From Paraspadella gotoi (lineage: Eukaryota; Animalia; Chaetognatha): DNA of 64,000 nt. Made by a program: the position numbers and the translations under genes. The stretch spans positions 4,883,773 through 4,947,772 of the forward strand of contig CM119266.1 of NCBI GenBank assembly GCA_051294375.1, read 5' to 3'. This document shows, piece by piece, positions 39,390 through 54,075 of this stretch. Each line of letters starts with the position of its first letter. The first letter of the stretch is position 1. A model generated the notes under the pieces. The model had not been told where the DNA came from. It was given only the letters and a program-made list of their open reading frames with translations, and searched no databases.

Positions 39390-40369
39390 GTAAGTTCAAC
39401 AGGCTGGGTGAGTTTAGGTAAGGTGCGAGGCGAATACGAGGCTGCGTTGAATGCTTGGTGAGATCGCTCGGTCGGTCAGTCCAGGAATATGACTATCATA
39501 AAAAAAGATTGATATTGTTAAATTTTATAAAAAGAGAAATATAATATTGTATTTAAATTATTTTAATTTGCTTTTGATCCGTTGCTTAATAACTCATTTA
39601 TCCTGCATTAGAAAAATAATCAAGTTAATCACGAGAGTGTTGGTGTAGTGAAAGGGAGGCAGGGTAAGTGACGTAGGGTAAGTTTAGGGATCCAAAGTGG
39701 CTTTATTATAATTCCATTTTTATCTCGGGGAATAAAGGAAAGTTTTACTCAGGCCTTTCGGCTTTAATCATATGGCGGGTTCTCTCATGTCTTTTTTATC
39801 ATTTAAACCCTTACTAATAATAATTTATTAATTATTAAACTTGTTTAAACCTTAGTCATTTTCTTTCTTCGTCTGAAAACCCTTTTTCGTTAATTTTAAC
39901 TCACAAAGTGTTTATATTTAAAAAAATATTGGTTTTTTAAGTTAATTTTAATTGAGAATAAACTTATAGAGGAGGCTGGGAGCGAATTTGTTTTATATGT
40001 TTTATTAATTATCAATAGGGCTAAAGTTTCTGCGGCCAAAGGACCAAAACAAAGGAGATAAAAACGACTCTATTTTTTTTTTTTTTTTATCGTCGCGCGT
40101 TTTTGTTGTCGTTGTTGTTGTTTGCGATAAAACAAACAACGCAAATCGGTCGTCGATAAAATGTTTTTCCTCGTTTTGTTTTCAATTTCGTATTTACATT
40201 ATTATTTTTTTCCTCACTGATTTTTCCTTCTTCTTTCTCTGTCTTATTTCATGTTTATTATTTTATTTTTCAAAGGTTCTTGTCTCTGGTTTAGAGATAA
40301 CGGAGATCCGAGAGCGCCACATTTAGATTTCTGATCATGTCCCTGACCCATAACCTAATTATTAAACCT

Positions 40370-41085
40370 AACAAGGACGGTAATTCCAATGTGTAGCGCC
40401 GCATGACTTTATTTTCACTTATTTTATTTGATCACATGAATATGACATGACATGACTAAAAGACTTTTTTGCCCGTGTATTTATGACATGCACTGCATCA
40501 AAATTTTGTCTTTTATTCTCTATAGTTTTAGGAATTCCTGAAAATGGCGGTAGCAGTCCCTTAGATTTGAGTTTTTTTTCTGTCTTAACAAATGAGCAAA
40601 TAACTATTGCAAATTATAGTATTTTTAAAACGTAAGCTACAGACCAATAACGAGCTAGTAACAGATCACGTCCAAAGTGACTAATTGGCCCGGTGCTAAC
40701 TCGAACAACTTCATTTTTGGAACTAGAGTCGTTTCAATCTTTTCCAGTGCCAAAATGTTATCTTCCTGAGTTTGTGAAACAGTTGACACCGAAATGTCAA
40801 CAGCTAATCTCTCATTATGTTCCTTTGCTTTTTTAGTACATCGCAAGTAGTCGCGGAGAACTCTATAAGTCACTTTTTGGTCGTCAGTTGGTCGGTATGT
40901 CTGTCCCTCGGTCTGTACCGCACTTAGGTTAAAAATGCACATAATTCACTCATGTTAAAAGATAGGAAAAAACCTCAAAGTGACTGCTAGCGCCACCTTC
41001 AGAAAATCCTAAAACTATAAGAATAAAAAGACGAGCTAAGAAAGTCACTGCGGCGCAACACACATTTGAATTTCCGTTCTTCTCT
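40370..41085. mobile_element. Two inverted copies of the Helentron/DINE-1-like repeat separated by ~125 bp
   Basis: 40370-40705 is the reverse complement of the element at 40830-41085. The same arrangement is repeated in the redundant copies at ~42300-43010 and ~51930-52600. Confidence 0.6.
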
Positions 41086-44000
41086 CTTTTTCTTTTTCTA
41101 TTCAACTCTCAATCGTTTCTTCCCAACGCATAACTTGGATCCCAATTTTCTTTCCTCTTTTTTATCGCTACTTTCCTTTTTGTTTTTATCTCTCGTCTCA
41201 CCTTTTCTAACTTTCTTAGACCTTACCTATTTTTTTGTATGTCTCCTGTTACCACTGNNNNNNNNNNNNNNNNNNNNNNNNNTGCCCAAGCTCGCGCAGA
41301 CTGGTGTCTGAGGTAAGTTCAACAGGCTGGGTGAGTTTAGGTAAGGTGCGAGGCGAATACGAGGCTGCGTTGAATCGCTTGGTGAGATCGCTCGGTCGGT
41401 CAGTTCAGGAATATGACTATTATAAAAAAAGATGATATTGTTAAATTATATAAAATAGAGAATATAATATTGTATTTAAATTATTTTAAATTTGCTTTTG
41501 ATCCGTTGCTTAATAACTCATTTATCCTGCATTAGAAAAATAATCAAGTTAATCACGAGAGTGTTTGGTGTAGTGAAAGGGAGCGAGGGTAAGCTGACGT
41601 AGGGTAAGTTAGGGGATCCAAAGTGGCTTTATTATAATTCCATTTTTATCTCGGGGAATAAAGGAAAGTTTTACTCAGGCCTTTCGGCTTTAATCAATAT
41701 GGCGGGTTCTCTCATGTCTTTTTTTATCATTTAAAACCCTTAAATAATAATTTATTAATTATTAAACTTGTTTAAACCCTTAGTCATTTATTTTCTCGTC
41801 TGAAAACCCTTTTTCGTTATTTTAACTCACAAAGTGTTTATTTAAAAAATATTGGTTTTTAAGTTAATTTTAATTAGAGATAAACTTATAGAGGAGGCTA
41901 GGGAGCGAATTTGTTTTATATGTTTTATTAATTATCAATGGATGCTAAGTTTCTGCGGCCAAAGGACCAAACAAAGGAGATAAAAACGAGTCTATTTTTT
42001 TTTTTTTTTTATCGTCGCGCGTTTTTGTCGTGTCGTTTGTTGTGTTGTTTGCGATAAACAAACAACGCAAATCGGTCGTCGATAAAATGTTTTCCTCGTT
42101 TTGTTTCATTTCGTATTTACATTATTTTTTTTTCCTCACTGATTTTTCCTTCTTCTTTCTCTGTCTTCATCTTTATGTTATTTTATTTTATTTTTCAAAG
42201 GTTCTTGTCTCTGGTTTAGAGATAACCGGCACTATTTTCCGAGAGCGCCACATTTAGATTTCTGATCATGTCCCTGACCCATAACCTAATTATTTAAACC
42301 TAACAAGGACCGTAATTCCAATGTGTAGCGCCGCATGACTTTATTTTCACTTATATTTTCCATTTGATCACATGATATGACATGACATGACTAAAAGACT
42401 TTCTTTGCCCGTGTATTTATGACATGCACTGCATCAAAAATTTGTCTTTTATTCTCTATAGTTTTAGGAATTCCTTGAAAATGGCGGTCAGCATGTCCCT
42501 TAGATTTGAGATTTTTTCTGTCTTAACAAATGAGCAAATAACTATTGGCAAATTATACGTATTTTTAACGTAAGTGGGACAGACCGACCAAAAAGTGACT
42601 AAGTTGCTCCGCGGCGCAACTCGAAACAAACTTTATTCTGAGTTTTTGGAAAACAGGGCTGGCGTTTCAATCTTTCCCCCAAAATGTTATCTTCCTGAGT
42701 TTTGAAGACATTGACACCGAAATGTACAACAGCTCATTCTCTCCATTATGTTCCTTTGCCTTTTTAGTTGCATCGCAAGTAGTCGCGGAGCAACTCTATA
42801 AGTCACTTTTTGGTCGGTCAGTTGGTCGGTATGTCTGTCCCTCGGTCTGTCCCACTTACGTTAAAAATGCACATAATTCACTCAGGAAAAGATAGGAAAA
42901 AACTTAAAGTGACTGCTAGCGCCACCTTCAGAAAATCCTAGAACTATAAAGAATAAAAGACGAGCTAAGAAAGTCACTGCGGCGCAACACACATTTGAAT
43001 TTCCGTTCTTCTCTCTTTTTCTTTTTCTATTCATCTCAATCGATTTTCCCCAACGCATAACTTGGATCCCAATTTTCTTTCCTCTTTTNNNNNNNNNNNN
43101 NNNNNNNNNNNNNCTTATTTTATCGCTACTTCCTTTTTTGTTATTTATCTCTCGTCTCACCTATTTCTAACTTTCTTTAAGACCTTACCTAGTTTTTTGA
43201 TTCTCTGTTACCTGCACCCTTTTGGGTTGTGGTGTGAGGTTCACTTCCCCTACTATCGGGACCCAATCTGGATTTACACTTTTTAACACGATCTTCTGAT
43301 GTTGTCGTTGCTTTACATGGAACTAAATTTCCATCAAATTTTTCTGTATTAAACCTAAATCATGTTTCTTCTCATCTTTTTTCATGTTTGCACATTTCTT
43401 TTTGTTATAAAATTATCTTTTGTGTTTTATGGTAACTTCTTCCTATTTTTTATATCTTTTTCCGTCGTCGTCATTTCCTCCACCTCCCCTTCTCCACCCC
43501 CTAAACTTCTCTCCCTCCTGTCTGCGCCCTGCCTGCCGCCCTCCCACTTCCCCTCCCCTCTTCTGCCCCGCTTGCTCGTTCCCGACTCCTTGGTATTTAA
43601 TAGAACGGCCACTCAGGACTTGTTCTCATGGCGCCCGTTTTCTAGGCAAGAATCGGCGGCTACTCTTTTTTCTACCGGCGCGCAAAAGGCGGCGTTCGAA
43701 AGGCGCCCATAAGAGACGGTATCCGGCGTCTCTCGTTCGTCTCTCTCTCTCTCTCTCTCTCTCTCTTCTTCGTCTTGTGCGAAAATAAACTCAGAACCGG
43801 AGAGTGGCCACTGCCCACTTGACAGTCTCGGCGCCTGCTAGAGTTGATCAGTCAGTGGAGGACGGAACCACTTTTTTTTCGCTTTTATTTGCTTTGTTCT
43901 TATATTATTCGAGATAGAGTATTACGTAGTTGATGTCTTCTGATTGTTTGAATTAGATGATTAGTATCTAAGTTTCTTGTTTTGTTGTGATGTAATAGTT

Positions 44001-44509
44001 AAATCGTGCTGACATGACTCTTGTCTTTTGCTGGATTTGTTGTTCCAGTTGCTCCATCTGGTCAACGAGATCGAATATCAAGGGTTTTTCAACATAATAT
44101 AATTATAAAACTAAATCTTATTAAAAAAAATGTATATATAATGTTCACGAACGACCGATGATCTCCGTTTTTAACTTTGCCTGCAGTAATCACCAACTTT
44201 TAATATTTATACATTCTATATCCAGTTAATTATTGTCTTATACTGGTCGGCGACCTACATCGTACTTCTTATAACAATAATTACGTGGTATGGACTTCAG
44301 AATATATTTTAGTTCAGAGTTATGCAGTTTCACATACAGTTCTACATTACGATCTTACATAGATGTCTCATCTCGTGCTCTTACCTCACCTTTCCATGCG
44401 CGTGTGTGAGGTTCCCTTCCCCACACGGGATTCCCAATGGAACCTTTTACACTTTTTAACACATTCTGATGTTTCGTTGCTTTANNNNNNNNNNNNNNNN
44501 NNNNNNNNN

Positions 44510-47500
44510 AGGCAAGAAAGGAGAGAGTAGATAAAACATTAATAGATAAGGAGCGCGATAGATAATAGAAACGAAAAAAGGAATGAGATAATTTTAGTAG
44601 ACAATTGAGGCAAGAAGGGAGAGAGAATAGAAGCAAGAAAGAAAAGTAAAGATTATAAGACTAAAAAAAAGGGAGACACAAACGCAAAAGAATAGACACG
44701 AGCAGAAATGTAAATATAAACTTCTGGCATAACATTGTTAAATCGAGAGCAAAGAGAGTTCTCTCTAGAGAGAGAGTTAAGAGCCTTTAACCTCACCGTA
44801 GCTTAAACTTTAACCGCTTGAACCAATCACAGGGAGAAACGCGGACAGAGGCCGAATCGGTCGTCATGAAATATCGGGCGGGAGATTCGATCTTCCCCGG
44901 GAAGAACTCGATTCTTCATGCGGCGGCGGAAATTCTCGGTTCCGATATCAATTTCATTTTTTTTTCGGAGATTTATAGTTTTGATCAATTTTAAAAAAAT
45001 GTTTGGTTTTATATAATTTGTGTGTTTTTTTGTGGTTTAAGTTGGGTTTGGTTTTGTGTTGTGGATTTTTGTGTTTTTGTGTTTTTTGTTTTGTTTTTAT
45101 TTGGTCGGGGAGCTACCGAGTAATTAATTTACGTTTTTAAAAAGTTTTATTTTACTTTTGTATTGACAAGTTTTTCGCGTGAACGAGATGTGATTATTTA
45201 ATTAATCTCGATACCCTAATTGTTCGTCGTTTCGTGTGAGAATTCATTATCCCATCATATGACCATCGTTGTCGTTTCTGGTCTTATTTGCCGTGATATG
45301 CTGCTCACCACAACACTTCAGAAACCGATTTGAAGTCGAGACGAAAAGGATTTTTGATGAAATATATTATTTTGTTTCTTTTGTGGATTTACGTGATTTT
45401 GTTTCGCTCTTCCTTTTTGGAATAAGAATTCCGATATTTAAATTGAGGTAAATAAGCAGGAGTTCCTAGTCTTTGGGCTTTTTTATTTTTGTGTGTGTGT
45501 GAGAGAGAGAGAAAGCAGAGATCGATCAGAGGTGGAGAGAGACGTGCATAGTAGTTGCAGTGGTCGGTACGCAAGAGGAGAAGATTCCAACACGAGCCAC
45601 AAAAATGACGATACGAGAAAAAAACAATAAACCCGAGATCGAGCTCACCAGTTAATGAACATACTGTAAGCGCCGCCAAATCGTCGAGGACGTGAGATAG
45701 AATCTCCCCTGTTCTATAAATATTTCGCGCTAACTTCTTGGCTGATGCTCAGTCTCTTCTGAGGCTCGTGTGCCGACGTGATAGTCGAACAGAAGACAAG
45801 ACAGTTGGACGCGTGTCGCTCAGTAAGAAGACAGGAGAGTAAGGCAACGGAGGAGTATTTCGGAACATTGGACGAGAAAACGAGAGAAGGTTGAAAAAAA
45901 ACTTGGACGATATTGCTAGGGGGGGTAGATTAAAGGGATGATCTAAGTTAGAGAGGGTTTCCGTATTTTATTTGAGATGAGAGCATGAACGAGAGTGAGG
46001 AGTGAGACTGAGAGAGAGATGTCACACTTGAGATGCAGCACGCAGTCAGAGAGTACGCTCCGCCGTCTCACTTGATTTTCATCTTTACACTCTCTTCTCG
46101 CGGTCGTTCGCGGAGTACTCAAATTAAGGATCAAAACGCAATGAAGTAAGAGAAGATCACACACCAGTCTTAACTATGAACGTTATAAGATCGCGAATAC
46201 GGTGCTTCTCTACGGGTCATCTCCCTCCAGTTTACTCTTAAGAGAGTCGTATCTTTGTGGTCTATTCCGCTGGGCTGTAAAGGCGTGATACTTAGTCCGC
46301 AGCTGTAAGTTCTCGAATTTTGAGTTTTACTGCGATAGATCTCTCTCTGTCGTAGCGAGACACGTCTGGAGAGAGGAGGAGGAGAGGAGGAGAGGCAGAG
46401 GGGAGCATGAGTAGCAGGTAGTGGGGGCAGAATTGCGTACAATGAATTATTAGTTATAATAATAACATACTCATGGGTGGTGATGAAAGAATATATTATA
46501 TACAAGAGGTCTATATTTGATAACGTAATCAGTTGCGCTGCTAGTGAGTGAACAGATGTAAAGTTAAAAATAGAAACTACATATAATAATATATTTCTCG
46601 TAAACAGAAGAAAATCTATGAGAGTTTGACGAACAGAGATGTCTCAGAAAGTTGATAGTCTCTGCATTGGTCCGAAAAGGAAATTGACATAAATTTGCTT
46701 GGTGTGATAAAGGATAGATGAATATCCACAAATATATATCTGGTAAAGCCTATTTATTCGCTTAGCAAACAAACACGCAAGTTCAGGCAGTTTTTCGTTC
46801 ACAATTTAGTATGATGTTAGAATAACTATAATATATGCTTTTAACAGAATCGAGTGCTCTCCTCGCCTACACTGGTGGGCGCCGCTAGGCCGGCGGCTCT
46901 ATCCGTCGTTGGTTGGGCCTTCTCCGCGGTGTGTCGGCGCCCCGCACTGTGTAGGGCTAAGACTACAACATCCTCTCTTATCAGTCCTATTAGTGTGACG
47001 GTCCTCGCTTTACCTGTTTTGCCCTTTTCATATTTTTGTGTGCGCGAGCCCTCCTGCTCCAGAGGAGGCCCACTGCCAGGGGTATCATCACCAGAGCAGG
47101 TCAGGGCAGACTTTAGAAAGACCGTCTTAGTCTCGTCGCTGTGCGTGTCGCGGCTTACATCCCGCCGACGGAGGGTGTACTCGCAATTATGTCTGCCTGG
47201 TCTTCATCACCACTGAGAAGAGTGGTCTAATCTGTTGGACTACGCGATTTCACTCACCGCCCGATATTATCTCATTACATCTCCACACTAAGTCCATCTC
47301 TCTCTTAGCTAAGTTACATTTTTGTGGGGTTCAAACGATCTTTCTACTTCTCTCTTTCATTCGTTATTACCAAAAAATAAAACGCACGATTTAAATGAAT
47401 ATTCGATGAAATTGGAGAACGTATCTGCACCTCGCTTCTCTATCATGCTTCCTCTTCTGTAGTACTCTTACCTTTTCTTTTTTTTTTCTCGATCATGTGT

Positions 47501-50500
47501 TCTTTATTTTAAATCATCGATTATATATAATAGTAACCCACTAAAGTGAAAACAACACTACTCATTATTTGGTGGTGAACACATGTAGACAATTTTAATT
47601 TCCCCACGATAAATTTTATGCTCAGAGTGCACACCGAGATTTAGATTTGGTGACGCGCTTCGAAACGCACGTTATTAGGACAATTATGTATATTTTGGAT
47701 AAATATAAGTTATAGAAAATAATTTAAGTATAGTTACAAATGGAACACTTTATACTCTTTGAGAGTTCACTGATAATAATGTTGGTCACTTTTTAGAATT
47801 GGTGGATATATAGAGCTTTGTGAAATAAGAGTGTTTTTGTTGAGACTCATCATTGTAATCCGAAAGATTACGATTTGTCAGAAGCTGATATGTCAACTGT
47901 GTTAAATTGTAATAACAATACGTTGGTATCACTCTTGCAGCCTCTATTCATACTCACTATAGCCACTAATTTGGATCTGTCGAGAACTCAATCAACACTT
48001 TGAACGAGTATTAGAATATTATTAACTTTCATCTTGCTCGAGATAGATAATGAGAGTTTAAAGTATGAATCACAAATGAGAGACTAGAGAACAACACTCT
48101 GTGTCACTAAGTCTCTAATGATGAGAGTATTCTATGGCTTCGCCGTATAGTAACATACTTTGTATGGAAATTCCTTTTTCGCATATTAATATTTGTCTCA
48201 CAGACATTAAACTGCACTTCTCTTCTCTAGTTGCGCACTGCCACATGCAATTTTCACCTTTCTTAACCGACTACTACACCACATTTATCCTCTAATTCAT
48301 CCTCCACTAGATGTAATCACAATTGTACACTGTAAGTAATAGCTTATTAAAAAAGAAGAGATAAGAAAAGAGAAGTTATTATCCACTCATACACATACGA
48401 GTAAATCTAATTTGATTCGTATAAATACGTGTATATACAATTGTATTAATTGATGTCCACTTTAATAGATTTTACAGTCAGGTTCAGAGGTTCTGTCCCA
48501 AGCACAACTTAGCAGTGGGGAGCCTCTCTCAAGATGGCTCTCTAGTGATTTATGATATATTGCGCATCCTCTCCGCGCAAATGCACTCACTAATTAGGTG
48601 GGTGGTGGGGTATGTCAAAAAGTGCGCTGTTGTGATAGTCTGTTGGAGCTAGATGAGCTCCACCACAGGTTGTCTTGGCCGTGCCTCGCTCTCATTCTGG
48701 GAGCTGAGATCCTAAAAGGCCTGCATCTTTCTTCCGTGGTTAACCAACGTCGAATATATTCCGAAGTATATATCTGGACGTATAGAGAGTACAGAAGAGA
48801 GCCACAATGATGTTTATAATGTATATAGCAGAATACCTATAAAATGATATATATATAAGTTTAATTTGTCAGGCACGCGGCTCGGTGAGGACAAACGTCA
48901 TATATTTTCTACATCTCGCTTTAGCCTCATCCGGTCGTATTTTTTAAATCAGTTTGTGGATGAAATTATTGTTTCTCTTGGCGCGTGTGGATTTGCACGC
49001 CATGAGAGTTAACGCGCTCAAGCTTTACGTTTCAAGTTATAAAATATATAGCTGTTCAAGAATCTATATAGTTTATGTTCTCTTAAGCTATAAAGATTAG
49101 GCTATAGGATTTTGGTGTCGGGGGACTTAAATTGAGGTATGAATTTCGGATTAGGAAAGAATGGTTAGGTTTATAGAGCTTAGCGTCGTGTTAGATATGA
49201 ATAGGGTATCATATTAAATTGTTTCTCCTATAGAAGGGCTAAGTTCATTAAAGAGGTTAAAGAACATAATAGTATGAGAAGAAATTATATATTTATAAGT
49301 TTTAATACATTAAAATTTTAATAAATTATGTTTCAGTCTCGTTCAGTCGCATGCAGTGATGTCTCATCCCGAGTAATTTTATTTTATTTTTATTTTTTTT
49401 TAATTTAAGCAAACCAATTATTAATTTACCGCTAACCTTAATCCTCGCTACCCCTAACCTAAACACGCCTCATATAACGAAAGAACGCAGAACGAGAGTG
49501 AGAAAAAGTCAAAGGAAATATAAAAAGAATGAGATATATATGAATATAAAATAAATAATAAGAGACTCATGAAATATGTACTTATTGAGCTAGTTCAAAG
49601 CGGGAATTGTCGATATATAAGGCGGAAGTCTTTTATATAGAGATAAAATAGAGAGCCGGATGCTGCTCTTTGCTCTATATCTTCTCTGCTTTGCCTACTT
49701 GTATCCATAGTCCGCTCAATCATTTACATCTTGTGAGCTTATCTATATTATCTTAATTATTCTTCCGTCTTTATTCTTTTTCTCACACATTCTCATTTCT
49801 GTACAATATAATAATTAAGTTTGCAAAATTACAAATATTATAATTTTATCAATGATAATATTTCTTCCTTTTTATTTTCCTATTTTTCCTATTTCCTAAC
49901 TTAGCCCTTGTAATTTTTAAATTAGCTATTATATTGGGCACAGTTACATTTCTTTCTCTCTTTGCTTTGGTCTCTTTATCTCATTCTTTCAATTGACATT
50001 GTCTCTAATTCTCTCTCTCTACATTCTCTCTCATATAACTCTACAACACATCTCTGGGTCATTTTGATTAGAGAAAGAATCAGCTTATTCTCTAAGATGC
50101 CATGAGCACTCGCACGGAGTAATAGAGAAAAGAGAGTACGGTACTTTCTTAGCACTTCGGGGAAAATGCAAGGAAAGAATGGGGAATACGGAAAGCACGA
50201 GAGCAGGCAGAGAGAATTATGCACTATCAAGTTTAGATATGAGAGTCACTACAAACAGATCTCATATATTATCGTCACTCCCACCACTTATATGTCAACC
50301 TGATCGTCGATTTACTGTACTAATCTCAGTATTCACACAGCTCGTCTCACTCGCAGATGCACGCTACTTGCAATTCACAACTCACTTCAGTTGAAATGTT
50401 CCTCTATTAGTGCATGAAACGTATCGATATTCGCTTATTGAGCTCACCTATATGTTAGTACCGTCACCGCCTATACCCGACGTACTCCCTCCCTCCATCC

Positions 50501-53500
50501 TCTCGCCGGGAGAGAGCAGTCGGCACCTCTTTATCTTCCCTTCCTCTTCTCTCTTCTCCTTCCTCTTCATGATCTCTCTTCACTCTCCGGATCATGTTAT
50601 TATACTTCCTATTTTTATCTCCTCTCTCTCTCCTCTGCTCTTGTCCCTATTTACCTCATGTCACCGCGGCCATGCCTATCATCATTTCAGCTTCCCCTCA
50701 CTATTCTCTCTCTCCTCTCTCTCTCTGCGTTCAGTTCGATGCTCTCAAGTCCGCGTCTCTCTCTCTCTCACTCCTCTCCTCATAATTTTTATGTCTAGGT
50801 CGTTGGATGCGTCACCATACCACAGCCTGCTCTGACCTTCATCGCACTGCTTGCTGTGGCCTGTTTGATCTGGGATGCTGCCACAACTCGCGCACTGGTG
50901 TCTGAGGGTAAGTTCAACAGGCTGGGTGAGTTTATGGCTAAGGTGCGAGGCGAATACGAGGGCTGCGTTGAATCGCGTGTGAGATCGCTCGGTCGGTCAG
51001 TCCATGGAAATATGACGAATCATAAAAAAGATTTGATATTGGTTAAATTTATAAAATAGAGAAGCATATATTGTATTTAAATTATTTTAAACTGGCTTTT
51101 GATCCGTTGCTTAATAACGTCATTTGTCCTGCATTAGAAAAATAATCAAGTTAATCCAGCGGAGAGTGTTTGGTGTTGTGAAAGGGAGGCGAGGGTAAGC
51201 TGAACGTAGGGTAAGTTAGGATCCAAAGTGGCTTTATTATAATTCCATTTTTATCTCGGGGAATAAAGGAAAGTTTTTACTCAGGCGCTTTCGGCTTTAA
51301 ATCAAATGGCGGGTTGCTCTCATGTCTTTTTTATCATATAAACCCTGATAATAATATTTATTAATTATTAAACTGTTTTTAAACCTAGTCTATTTTCATT
51401 TTCTCGTCTGAAAACCTTTTTCGTTTAATTTTTAATCTCACATAGTGTTTTATTGTAAACAAATATTGGGTTTTTAGTTAATTTTAATTGAGATAAACTA
51501 CTATAGACGGAGGCACTAGGGAGTGGCGAAATTTGTTGTATGATGTTTTATTTAATTATCATATGCTATGTTTCCGCAAAAGGACCACAACAAGGAGTAT
51601 AAAAAACGACGGTCTATTTTCTTTTTTTTTATCGTCGGCGCGTTTTTGTTTGTCGTTGTTGTTGTTGTTTGGCGATACAACAAAAACGCTCAAATCGGTC
51701 GTCGATAAAATGTTTTTCCTCGTTTTGTTTTCTTTTCGTATGTACATTATTTTTTTTCTACATCAACAGACTTTTTTCCATTCTCTTTCTCTGTCTTTAT
51801 TTCATTTTATTTTTTTTTTATTTCAAAGGTTCTTGGTCGTGTGGTTTGAGATAACCCGGCACTATTTTCCGAGAGCGCCACATTTAGATTCCTAATCATA
51901 TCGCCTGACACGCATAACCTAGATAATTCACCTAACAAGGACGGTAATTCCTATGTGTTGCGCCGCGCATATGACTTTATTTTCACTTATTTTTTTATTT
52001 GATCACATGATATGACATGAATTGACTTAAAAGACTTTCTTTGCCCGTGTATTTATGACAATGCACTGCAATCAAAATTTCGCTTTTCCATTCTCTTATA
52101 GTTTTAGGAATTTAGTTGAAAATGGCGGTAGCAGTTCCGCTTCAGATTTGGAAGATTTTTTCTGTCTTAACAAAATGAGCAAATAACTATTGCAAATTAT
52201 ACTATTTTTAACGAGTAAGGCAGGCGCATGCCAAAAACAAGTGACTACAGTTCCGCTGGAGCAACTCGAATATAAGTTACTTTATTCGGTGGTTAGTTGG
52301 TGTATAGTCAGCGCCTGGCGTTTGTCCAATCTTTAGGCGGTTAAAAATGTCAATATTCCACTCAGTTATGTGAAACATTGATAGCGGAAAATGTTAAGTA
52401 CTGCTCACGTCCTGTATGTCCTTTCCGAGTTGCAACCAATGTTAGCCGGCGTTAATAAGTCTTTTTGAGTGGCTATGTCCCGCCCCGGTTGTACACAGAA
52501 AATGACATAATAGCTAAGATTACTGTACGGCTACCGCATAGAAAACCAAACAGTAAAAAACGACTAGGCAGTGGGCGCAACAACACATTGAATTTCCGTT
52601 CTTGCTCTCTTTTTTTTCTTTTTCTATTCATCTTCCATATCGATTTTTCCCAACGGCATAAACTTGGATCCCATTTTTCTTTTTCCTCTTTTTTATCGCT
52701 ACTTTCCTTTTTGTTTTTATGCTCTCGCTCTCACGCTCTTTTCTAACTTTCTAGGAGCCTTACCTATTTTTTTATTCTCTGTTACCGTCACCTTTTCCAT
52801 GCGCGTGTGGTGAGGTTCCCTTCCCCACACGGGATTCGCGAATTGGAACCTTTTACACCTTTTTAAACACAGTTCTGATGTTTCGTTGCTTTTACATGGA
52901 ACTAATATTCCATCAATTTTTTTTTATTAAATCCTTAAATCATGTTCTTCTTATATGCTTTCATGTTTGAAACTTTCTTGTTTGTTATAAATTATTCTTT
53001 TTTGTTTTAATTGGAACCTTCTTCTATTTTTAATACTCTTTTTCCGTCTCGTTTCTGCCACCTCCGGGCTTTCTCGCTGCTTTCCCGCCGGCCTTACTCC
53101 CGCTCCTCGCTCACCTTCGGCCTGCGCGACTTCTGCGCCGATCCTTCTCTCCAGCCTCCTGATTAAAAAACCGCCACCGAGACTGTCATGGCGCCCGTTT
53201 CAGGCAAACGGCGCTACTCTTTTCTACCGGCGCGCAAAAGCGGCGTCGAAAAGGCGCCATACAGAACGGTTCCGGCGTCTCTCTCTCTCTCGCTTCTCTC
53301 TGTCTCTCTCTCTCTCTCTCTCTTTCTTTGCTCTTCGCGAAATGATAAACTCAGAACGGCGGAAGTGGCCACGCCCACTTGCAGTCCGGCGGCCCTGCTG
53401 ATTTGATCAGGTCAGTGAGGAGGAACCCTACTTTTTTTCGCTTTATTTTGCTTTTTTTGCTTTATATTATTCAGTCAGAGTATTTATCTAGTGATGTCTC

Positions 53501-53870
53501 TATTGTTTGTATTAATGATTAGTATCTAATTCTTGTTTTCATGTTGACGTTAATAGCTTAATCTCTTTGACATGACTGCTTTCTTTTTGCTGATGTTGTT
53601 CTCAGTTGCTCCATCTGGTCAATGAGATCGAAAAAGGTTTATCAAAGGGCATAGATAGTAAGATGAAGTAAAATAAACCTTATTAAAACAAATGTAAATA
53701 ATGGTTCAAAAAAAATGTAAATAATGTTCACGAACCGACCGATTGATCCGTTTTAATTTTTGCCTTTGAGAAAAACTTTAATTATATATCTATATTTTAT
53801 ATTATTAATTAATTCCGTGTTATCTGCGGCTTAATCGTATTCTTAAACAATAATTACGTGTAGGATTCAG
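44510..53870 (+). other. Error-rich redundant copy of ~35080-44350 (probable uncorrected long-read gap fill)
   Basis: Collinear with 35080-44350 but full of 1-3 nt insertions. Contains garbled copies of MARCH exon 1 (~44810-44957) and two Piezo exons (~47040-47225, ~50797-50908). Starts right after a 25-N gap. Confidence 0.85.
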
Positions 53871-53923
53871 AATAATTTTGTTCAGAGTTACATTTACATA
53901 CATTTACATACATTTACATTCAG

Positions 53924-54075
53924 AATGTCTCCCTACGTTGTGCTGTACGCCGAACTGCTTCTTCTGGCTCAGTACATTTACGGACTGAATCTGACGCGAG
54001 CCGAGCTTCCGACTGAAGTCAACGGGATAGACCTGACCCAAATCGGATTGGGAAGCGGAGACGGCAGCGGATTGG
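53924..54075 (+). CDS. Piezo: Piezo exon (RMSPYVVLYAELLLLAQYIYGLNLTRAELPTEVNGIDLTQIGLGSGDGSGL), TM11 and extracellular loop
   Basis: Acceptor attcag, donor G|gtaagt, 152 nt, phase 2->1. SPxxVLYAExLLxAQYIYG..ELP..QIG is characteristic of invertebrate Piezo. Confidence 0.93.

Noticed and set aside
50797-50908. Mutually exclusive duplicate of the Piezo TM10 exon
   Set aside because: It is frameshifted by scattered insertions and lies inside the noisy redundant block next to 25-N gaps.
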